Notes under the pieces: generated by a model | Told to the model about the DNA's origin: nothing | Databases searched by the model: none | What the model saw: only the letters and a program-made list of their open reading frames with translations | From: Lytechinus pictus | Taxonomy: Eukaryota | Length of the DNA stretch: 64,000 nt | Assembly (NCBI RefSeq): GCF_037042905.1 | Contig: NC_087245.1 | Span: 36,024,001-36,088,000 of the forward strand | Direction: 5' to 3' | Program-made: the position numbers and the translations under genes | Part shown: positions 55,409-64,000 of the stretch, piece by piece | How positions within the stretch are numbered: position 1 is the first letter of the stretch | Layout of the letters: each line of letters starts with the position of its first letter

Positions 55409-56260
55409 GTAATGTACGAAAATTACGGTTTCTTTCTCTTGCTTGCTTTTCAGATATTATGAAAAACTAGTTTTGCCTTCGTTTTACATGTAAAAGATAT
55501 AAATACCGTGCCATAAAATCGATAACTTTCCTTCTTAGTACCGGTACGTTTGCTTGTTGTCTAGAAAATTAAGTGTAGTCCCACGTGTTTATATTTTTGT
55601 AGAGGTCTGACACTGAGTGACAGTTTTTGGCAGAGAAGCCAGTGCCAGTGGCACTGCCACTGCAGTGCCGAACAGCGAAGGAACTGAATCTCACTTCTCA
55701 GATCTCCGAACTCCGAACAGCGGAGGAACTGAAACGAGAGAGAGAGTGGCAGTGCAGTGAGTCTAGACCAAAGTTATGATGGGGTGACCTAGTCTTGAGG
55801 ACTCCATGATGATGTCTTTTTTAATACTTTGTCTTTGTCTTTGACATACCGTACGGTACTTCTTCATCATTCAGACATTCGAGTCTTCAACCGCCCTTCA
55901 TATATTAAGAGACACATGTAAACAAAGATGGATTTCCCTAGGAAATCCATCTTTTAATATAAAAATCAGGTAAATTGTTGTGATTTTATTAATCTCTACA
56001 CCTTCCTACGCCTAATGCGTAGGAAGGTTTTAAAAATGGTCAATTAAACTGTTAAAAAATGAAGGTTTCTTACCAGACCGATGTCGTGTAGATCCCTCGA
56101 TCCAAATGTACACAACGCAAATACAGTAGGGTCGACCCTTGAACCGCTTATGTATGACATACATCCGGTTAGCGATGCCGTTTTGAAGAACAATTTATAG
56201 ATAAAAATTATTATTTCACAAATACTAAAATCTATTACGTGATTATAAATAATTAGCATT

Positions 56261-57810
56261 ATACTAATCTCAGGAAATGGTTCCTCAACAGAGAACATCT
56301 CCCTTTTTGTTGATTACCACATTAAGCCCCTTGTCTCACGTGCACCCTCTTACATCCACGACACTCCAGACTTTCTCAGGAAACTAAATGTTATCAAGGA
56401 CCAGATACCCGAGACTGCGATCATCGGCACTTTCGATGTTTCTTCACTGTACACCAGCATTCCCCACGATGAAGGTATCCAAGCATCATGTGAAGCCTTG
56501 GCCGCCAGTGGCCATTCCAGTCCTCCCATATCCGATATCAAATCTCTGATGTCTCATGTACTAACAAAAAACAACTTCACATTCATGGGCAAGCACTACC
56601 TACAGATATTCGGTACAGCAATGGGCACCCGGATGGCTCCTTCATTCGCCTGTCTCTTCATGACCAAGCTGGAACAGCAGATGTTAGATTCAGCCCCCTG
56701 TCGCCCATGGATTTGGTGGCGTTACATAGACGACATTTTCTTCATCTGGACCAGGGATGAAGACAGCCTCCATACATTCATTGACCACATCAATTCCTTC
56801 CACAGGACCATCAAATTCACTTCTGATTTCTCCCAACAGGAAACCCACTTCCTTGATGTTACAGTCCAGAAAAAGTCTAATGGTATCACCACTACCCTAT
56901 ACTCTAAACCCACAGATACCCATCAGTACCTCCACTCATCCAGCTGCCACCCCCGTCACTGCAAAACCGGCATCGCTTTCAGTCAAGCCCTCAGACTTCG
57001 CCGTATCTGCTCCGAGGACCCTGATTTTTCCTTCCATGCCAGGAATTTGCAGAAACATCTCTGTGCCAGGGGCCACGGGGCCAGGGCAGTCCAACTGGCA
57101 ATTAACAAAGTACGTTCTCTCCCCAGATCTGAAGTTCTCAAACCAAAAAGTGACAAGGAGACCACCGACAGAATACCGCTTGTGACCACCTTCCATCCGA
57201 TCTATCCCCTCTCCGCAAAATCCTGTGTGATAACCACCACATTTTACACACTTCTGATCGTCTCCAACAGGCCGTTCCCGATACTCCCCTTCTAGCATAC
57301 CGATGCCCACCGAATCTCAGGGACCTCATTGTTCGTGCTGAAGTGCCCTCCCTCACTAACCATTCTTCTCCCATACAGCATGGCACCTTCAAATGCACCA
57401 GCAACAGGTGCATCATATGTGAAATACACCTTCACGAGGGCGATACTTTCACCAGCAACTCTACCAGCCTGTCTCACCAAATCAAGGGCAACATCACATG
57501 CACTACCACTAATGTTGTATATCTCATCACTTGCAGAGTTTGTAGGGTACAATACATAGGGGAAACCAAGACCACACTCAAGAAACGATTCTACGGGCAC
57601 AGATCCACCGTCAACACAGCAAAGCTGGACACTCCAGTTGGCCGCCATTTTAACCTCCCCAACCACTCCATCACTGACATGATGCTACAGGGCATAGAAT
57701 CTTTAGGTACCCGTCCTGACTCAGTCCGTACTAGCAGGGAGAAGTTCTGGATGAGACGACTTCGCACCACCCAAACTCATGGCCTGAACATCCAAGAGGG
57801 GAACGACTGA
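56261..57810 (+). pseudogene. PLE RT-GIY-YIG polyprotein remnant: no N-terminus, single 1-nt deletion near 57198
   Basis: The frame of ORF 56498 is open from at least 56261. At cat-cc-gat (57194-57201) homology moves to the frame of ORF 57343 (DLSPLRKILCDNHHILHTSDRLQQAVPDTPLLAYRCPPNLRDLIVRAEV...), ending at TGA 57808-57810. No in-frame stops seen. Confidence 0.9.
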
Positions 57811-58850
57811 TTATTCTTTCCTATCCACTTTCAATTTATAAATACATATAATTTTTCCCCTCAGCTCTTTTGAATAGTTACATTATAGTTTCTTCCTCTA
57901 CTTTCCTCCCATATCTCATACAAGCTCAGCTCCAATTTTTCCTTCCTTATTCAGGCGATATAATAATTATTATATATATATATTTGTTTTTTCTCCACTC
58001 ACCTCTTTTAGATTTACCACATTTGCTTATTTACATGTATACTATGGTTTCTTCATAATACACCCCCTCTCTTCTATATTTGCTTTTACCTTTTTAGGCA
58101 ATTTGCTTCCTCTTTTTCACATATACAGGTTTTTTTTTTGTTTTTTTCCTACTATATAGTCTTATGTTTTTTTCCCGTCACACCTAGCGGATTACAATAT
58201 CAGTTACACCATATGTGTATTTATATTTTTTCATATACATTTCTTTTTTGGATATATTTATATACATATCACTTATAGATACATATTTACACTTACCTTC
58301 TTCTCTTAGTTTGTTTAATGCTTTTTCATATATACTTATATGTCTTTTGCACATTATCAGTTGTTCCCCATTCTTTTCCTTTCCCCCCCCCCCCCCCACT
58401 CTTATGTACCAGTTTATTATGCCTTTCTTTGTAACCTGTTTGACCCACCTCTCACTAATTCTCTTGTTATTCATCCCATTATCACTGTTTTGTTCCAGAT
58501 CCTGTTTGATGTTGCCTGCCTCATTATCTTAATCCCTCTTGGCTTGAGGTCTTGTACTGGCCTTACTTACACTAACTTCCCTTTGTGTCTGCCTACTCTC
58601 TTTTTCATCCCCTTCACTAACCTGATTGGTCTTCTCTACTCACTAATGCCCCTTTTGTCTCCTTGTTTCTAGTGTTGCTGTAGCTTGTTTGTGGTTTATA
58701 TTATGGTTGTTCCACTTTATATGTTTGTCATTTTGCCTCCGACGAAGATTCTGCTAGGATCGAAAGCTTAGGCCCCTTTTTGACTTTCTAATTTACTCCA
58801 TTGGCTCTCTTTTATTAGATAAGCAGTTTTCAGCAGCTTCTTTTTGCCAA
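56266..58850 (+). mobile_element. Penelope-like retroelement (Neptune type), 5'-truncated, with a ~1-kb pyrimidine-rich 3' region
   Basis: RT motifs (ISGNGS..TENISLFVD, DVSSLYTSIP, GTAMGTRMAP, WRYIDDIF, FLDV, LYSKPTD), a Cys-rich linker (CTSNRCIIC) and a GIY-YIG endonuclease (NVVYLITCRVCRVQYIGET...REKFW). Hammerhead-like motif near the 3' end. Boundaries are approximate. Confidence 0.92.
58735..58773 (+). ncRNA. Minimal type-I hammerhead ribozyme-like motif in the PLE 3' end
   Basis: Sequence GCCT-CCGACGA-A-GATTCT-gct-AGGATC-GAAA-GCTT-AGGC. Stem I is GCCU/AGGC, core CCGACGA (CUGANGA with U4>C), stem II is 6 bp, then GAAA. A palindromic AAGCUU replaces the stem III loop. Position matches known PLE-associated minimal hammerheads. 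Confidence 0.7.
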
Positions 58851-59546
58851 TTATTTATGATCACGTAATAAATTTTAGTATTTTAGTAAAAAAAAGTTAC
58901 ATAATCAGGTAAAAATATGGCTGTCAAAAAACAATTAATAAAAAGATAAAATTAAATGTTTTGTCAAGACAGCCACGGGCCACCACTACATTAAGTAAAT
59001 CATTTTCCAAGCAGATATCATTAAAAATGTGTGTACAATGTGGTACTGACTGATTCTATAGCATTTTGGGCGCTAATGCAGTTTCGCACTGGGCGACTTC
59101 AAGAAAATTTCCCCACATAATTTAATTCAATCACAGAATATCAACATTTTAAGTCTTTTTAGAGAAAACCAATTCAAATAATAGAGCTCAACCAAATCGC
59201 TGGCAAGATCGTAGACTACAAATTTATTGATGAAAATGTAAGGTACATGTACAACTGTACATTAGGTTAAGGTGTTTCCCTGGTATCGCAATCTCAAAAT
59301 TCTATGCCTATCAACAAACGTGTGATGTGCAGGAAAAGGGTTCTTAAAAAGTGTGATCTTATTTAGCACATGAAAGTTTTGTGGAAATTTATGCAAAAGG
59401 TCAAATCAAATCATTAATTTTTTCCTGATTTTACCGTGAACTGGTATATGTTTTGATGTTAAATGCATGTTTAAAAAACATATATTAATTACTTTTTATC
59501 CACAGATATCCCTAGAATGGTATAGATTGACACGAAAACGTCCACC

Positions 59547-60750
59547 ATGGATTTGGAAACGATTGAAGAGATTGACGATGCTGCCCTTTCTGAGTTTGGT
59601 AAGGAGACAGAAGAGAGGGAAGAACTTGAAAAAGAGTCTGAAGACCTGAAGACAGAAGTGCCAGATGACGTCGATGAGAAAACGGATGGAGATTCCTCGG
59701 AGAAAAGAGAGGATGAGAACGCAAATGAAATAATTTTGACTTCTGGTGAAGAAACTCGTCCGGTGAATACAGTTGTGGATTCAGATATGCAGACATGTAC
59801 TCTTGACGAAGCACATGAAGTTATTCAAGAAATCTCAAATGAGGAAAATGTTGCCCCTGCACCATTGGATGTAAGTTCATTGGTATACAGGGATACTCAT
59901 GGCAAGTTTTGTTTGGATCTATCAGAAGAGGACATCAGCGTGATACCCTCAGACACCTTTGAGCTAGATTTCTTAAATTACTTTGCAGTGACATGTTTAC
60001 CTCTGTACAAGATCCCATCTGGTCTCAGTTACCTTCGGCAGCTTGATGCCTTGATACTGCGAGAGTGTTCTTTAGCAGAGTTCCCAAAGAGTATATGTGC
60101 ATTGCCGCTCCTGGAAAACTTAGACTTGAGCGGAAATGAAATCCTGGAGATTCCGACGGAAATAAGAATGCTATCCTCGTTGCGACAGATTGACCTATCA
60201 GACAATCAACTTACCGTCTTACCCGATGAATTCTGCCACCTGCGTGAACTCATCTGCGTCTTTCTCTCCCAGAACAAATTGACCAGCCTGCCCACCAACA
60301 TCTCGCATCTTCGCAACATCCAGGTCTTTGAGATGAACAATAACATGTTGAAATGGTTACCGAAACAAGTCTGTCTCTTGGATCAACTTGTGAAGCTCAG
60401 TCTTTGTGGGAACTACCTTCAGACGTTGCCTGCGGACATCGAGTACCTCTTTAATCTCCAGGAGTTGCATCTCGAACAGAACAGCTTCTTCTACCTCCCC
60501 ATCCAAATATACTGGCTTCCGGAGCTGGAGGAACTGTACCTGAGTCAGAATCATATCCAGGAGATATCTCCAGAGATTCAGAAGCTCACTAAGCTTAAGG
60601 TCTTAGATCTGAGTAACAATGAGCTAAGTACAGTCCCACAAGAGATATGTCTTCTCCTAAACTTAGTATTTCTTGGTCTCAGCTCCAACAGGCTAACATC
60701 TCTCCCAGACAACATGAATAGACTTTACAAGTTGGTGGAATTCTTAGTAG
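59547..60750 (+). CDS. Leucine-rich repeat protein, coding exon 1 (acidic N-terminus, then about 10 LRRs of 23 aa)
   Basis: Perfect Kozak ccaccATGG. Exon acceptor ttttatccacag ends at 59505. Repeats of LxxLxLxxNxLxxLPxxIxxL, e.g. LENLDLSGNEILEIPTEIRMLSSLRQIDLSDNQLTVLP. Donor TAG|gtatgt at 60751, phase 1. Confidence 0.95.
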
Positions 60751-61222
60751 GTATGTAATCTTTATTTATTATTATCCTTATTTACATGTTTGTTAAGTGA
60801 AAATTGGTATAATTGCTTGAATGTAGAATTTAGTGATAATGAAGACTCACTAGTTTGTAATTCATACACTCATTCATTCATACATTCATTCATTCATAAT
60901 CTGTCTTGGAGCATGGTACAGTGTTTTTTTTTAAGTATTTACATCATGGGTGGTATACAAATGAGGGACTTGATGATAAAACACACACCCTTGCTATTTC
61001 AAATGTTGTAGAGGTCATATGCCTGAAATTATCATGTTCTCATTGATAACTGTAAGAACCATTTGAGGATTCACTTTCAAACTACATGTAGCTAATACAA
61101 GAGGGTGGGGCCACTTTATCTTTGCAATGTTTATTTTAGCTAATGTATTTTTAAATGAATCTAACTCCAAATGTTGAAATGAAAAGCAAGGAAAATACAA
61201 TAATCATTGATACTACATGTAA

Positions 61223-61642
61223 GTCCCGAATTCTCAAAGGTGATTTTGAAAACCCAAGGTTGAGTCCATGGTTATGCAGATTTCTTGTATTAATTACGCT
61301 TATTTTAACGCGTATATTAAAAAATGTCCAATGCTGATGCGTGCTTTTGTCCCAGTGCGCAAAATTGACGCCTGTTACAGTGGTTATCCACGCTATTGTA
61401 TTCATGAGTCCACTGTTTTGAATTAATGACTCTCTTCAAACAGTGGACTCATGAATAAAAAAGCGTATCTAACCATGGTAACAGGCTTTAATTTGGCGCA
61501 CTGTGACAAAAGCGCACATCAGCATTGGAAATTTTATACATGCGCCCAATACGCGCTAAATTAAGCGTTATTTATACAGGAAAACTGCATACACCATGGA
61601 TTCAACCGTGGGTTTTCGAAACCACCTTTGTGAATTCGGGCC
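61223..61642. mobile_element. PIF/Harbinger-type fold-back MITE, TAA TSD, in LRR intron
   Basis: TAA|GTCCCGAATTCTCAAAGGTG...CACCTTTGTGAATTCGGGCC|TAA; near full-length palindrome. Confidence 0.88.
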
Positions 61643-62021
61643 TAAGAATCTCACAGCATTCCTGAAAATGATGTGCAATAAAATGATGAAATATTTCATA
61701 AGACTTTGTTGACCACATTTTATATTGTCCTTGAAAAGATATGATAAGACGTCAAACAAATTAGTAAAAAGGAAACATGTCATTCTAACCACGTAGAAGT
61801 GAACTACACACCTCCAGGGCATGTTTTGAAATCAAAAGCAAGGTTTATAAGATAAGTTAAGCAGAAAATAATTTTAAGACATACATCCCCGGCCTCGTGA
61901 ACCCTCAGGCTTGTGGGAAGCTGATTTTTCACTGAACAGTTTTGGGAGGTCACAAATACTCCCCAAAGATAATGACTCCACACAATTTCTTTTCTTTATA
62001 ATTCAATTCATTTTTTTTCAG

Positions 62022-62140
62022 GAAATAACGAGCTGACAGAAATTCCCGATGACATCTCTCTCCTGTCCGAGCTTCAAGTCCTTGATCTGTCCAATAACCA
62101 TATACCGGATCTACCTGTTGAGATTGCAAGTCTAAAGCAG
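62022..62140 (+). CDS. LRR protein coding exon 2: (G)NNELTEIPDDISLLSELQVLDLSNNHIPDLPVEIASLKQ
   Basis: Acceptor ttttttttcag and donor CAG|gtaaaa. Phase 1 to 0; continues the LRR register exactly. Missed by the ORF track. Confidence 0.93.
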
Positions 62141-62213
62141 GTAAAAGAAACTCATTAATTTGTGATAATTGCTGTGAAGCCAGAATGCTCAATTGACCTG
62201 TAATCACCATGAT

Positions 62214-62604
62214 GGTTCCATGACATTTGCTCTGGCGACAATTGCTCTGCTGTAAATTCCATACACTAAAGGAATGGTCAACTTTAACCGTGGATTCAAC
62301 AGTGCACTATACCCTATCCTAAACCTAGGATGAAACCCTATTGCAACCCTAACCCTATATCTTAGACAAAATGAAGCCAGGAGTGTGTTTCATAAAGCTG
62401 TTTGTAAGTTAAGAGCGACTTTAAGAATGACTGGTGGTCCTTTCTTATGGAAAGTGATTTTCACCTTTAAATGTTCAATGGTGATTATTTAGCGCGTAAG
62501 AAAGGTTCACCAGTCTTTCTTAAAGTCGCTCTTAACTTACGAACAGCTTCATGAAACGGCCCCCAGCAGCAATTGTCAGCGGAGCAAATCAGTGTAGTGT
62601 CACC
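62214..62604. mobile_element. MITE with 9-bp TSD CACCATGAT (Mutator/Merlin-like), GG...CC termini and internal AACCCT repeats, carrying a nested MITE
   Basis: TSD at 62205-62213 and 62605-62613; inverted ATTTGCTCTGGCGACAATTGCT / AGCAATTGTCAGCGGAGCAAAT. Confidence 0.82.
62381..62563. mobile_element. Harbinger-like palindromic MITE, CAG TSD
   Basis: GTTTCATAAAGCTGTTTGTAAGTTAAGAGCGACTTTAAG matches its reverse complement at the right end. CAG at 62378-62380 and 62564-62566. Fragments of the family at ~4395-4445 and ~42930-43070. Confidence 0.82.
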
Positions 62605-62969
62605 CACCATGATATATCTGGCAACTTATATCCCTAGTTTGGAATCTACCATTTAAAGAAACAAATCAGAGCTCATCTTGAGTATGGGATTAGTGGGATT
62701 TGTGTGTGTGTGTGTTTTTTTAAGGGGGGCAGCCATTTGCAGAATAAGTAAACATCAGATTTAAAACCAATTGTGTTCCATTGGTAAAACTTTTTGACTT
62801 TGACAATTGATTTTATGAGCCTCCCCTCCCCCCCCCCCCCACCTCCTTTCGAGGTATACCACACGGTCAAGCCATCCTTTATCATATAAGATTCTTGTAA
62901 TAACCAGTCCACAGTTGTTCTCAAGAAGTACATTGTTGTGACTTTTTGTTTGGTCTTTATTCAATGCAG

Positions 62970-63136
62970 GTATATGTGCTATCGCTGCAAGGAAACCAGA
63001 TATCTAAGTTCCCACCTGGTGCCTGCCTTCTTAGCCAATGTCAAGAGTTGACATTTGACAGGAACTTACTTAGTAGACTACCCAGTGAGGTCAAGCACAT
63101 GAAATCATTACAGAGTGTTACAATCACCAACAATAG
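62970..63136 (+). CDS. LRR protein coding exon 3: VYVLSLQGNQISKFPPGACLLSQCQELTFDRNLLSRLPSEVKHMKSLQSVTITNN(R); gene continues beyond the window
   Basis: Acceptor tctttattcaatgcag and donor TAG|gtaata. Phase 0 to 2; LRR consensus continues. Confidence 0.92.
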
Positions 63137-64000
63137 GTAATATTGTGTTAATGCTCCTATTATCTAGTTGCCGTACCTATTCAGTGGCACAATATGCAAT
63201 GCGTCTCACAAAAAAGAGGAAACCGGGATTCCCACTTATTTTTAAAAAAAAAGCTCAAGAATTAATAGTCTTTCATTTACATCATCTTAACCCTTTGAAG
63301 CCAATAGGTCGCAATACCGGCCTACCAGTGAACGCGCATATACCCGATAGGCCGCAATACCGACCGGCCTGAAGCCATGTGACTTAAAAAACATGGGTTC
63401 TAAATGTCAGGTGATCTTTTTAAAATAACGTCATCTTTCTAGTACGTGGAGAGATATTTAGTTGATAATTTCAGTCAGGATAGGTATTGATTTCGGAAGG
63501 TTTTAGCTCTTTCAAAACACTCCTCAAATCTTACCTCATTAAGCAGTCCTCTTAATTCCATATCCTGTTCTCTCTCACTTTTTTTCTTTTTTTGTTCTTT
63601 CCAATGCGCTTAGAAACTGTTGTATTAAGCGCTATACAAATGTTAATTATTATTATTATTTTAGCATAAAAAATGGCCAAAATATGCCACTCTACTGCAG
63701 TGGCTCCTGTGGCATGTGCGGTAATACACTGTGTAATGCATGGCGAGGCACATGCTGACTATGGGGAAGCTATTGATAAATCTGACATTAGTCAGAACAG
63801 TGATTTTGAGCCCAAAACAGACACTAAAAATTAAGTTGATATTTCTGTCTGTAGACTAGGTCTGCGAGAAGCTAAACAACTTCAGCCGGCTTGGTCTGGG
63901 TACTAGCGGGGGGGGGGGGGGGGGTCGGGTAAAGATGTCGTTGGGGCTCGAATCATGGGAGTTTGTGAATGTGGCTGATACGTGCAAATAATTCAGGGTA

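Noticed and set aside
56722..57666. Alternative-frame and antisense ORFs over the PLE
   Set aside because: Shadows of the GC-richer RT/endonuclease coding sequence.
60751..60758. Stop at 60758 as the end of the LRR protein
   Set aside because: Read-through into the intron; in-phase LRR exons follow at 62022 and 62970.

Overview
AT-rich, intron-containing animal DNA with no prokaryotic features. The repeat families look like sea-urchin repeats to me, but that is an impression and not verified. Two + strand spliced genes are supported. (1) A 154-aa GPI-anchor-type Ly6/uPAR (three-finger, 12-Cys LYPD1/LYPD6-like) gene: its signal-peptide exon (ATG 1674) appears to splice across a 46.5-kb intron to LU-domain exons at 48273-48395 and 49063-49337. 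(2) The first three coding exons of a leucine-rich-repeat protein with an acidic N-terminus (59547-63136), continuing past the window. Upstream of the LRR start, probably in its 5'-UTR intron, is a 5'-truncated Neptune-type Penelope-like retroelement. It has RT and GIY-YIG domains, one frameshift and a minimal variant hammerhead-ribozyme motif near its 3' end, and it sits in the centre of a ~40-bp palindrome. The giant Ly6 intron holds many MITEs (TTAA Kolobok/piggyBac-like, 8-bp-TSD hAT, TA-flanked CAC-ended). It also holds a solo LTR with a 5-bp TSD, a 54-bp minisatellite with a 211-bp higher-order unit split by nested insertions, and LINE/SINE relics. A 1.9-kb CAT/CAC tract with an internal 701-bp duplication and candidate antisense exons lie in the same intron. 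Most ORF-track entries are microsatellite or chance ORFs. I found no convincing new multi-gene system; the best leads are the variant ribozyme, the giant-intron Ly6 gene and the possible nested antisense transcript.
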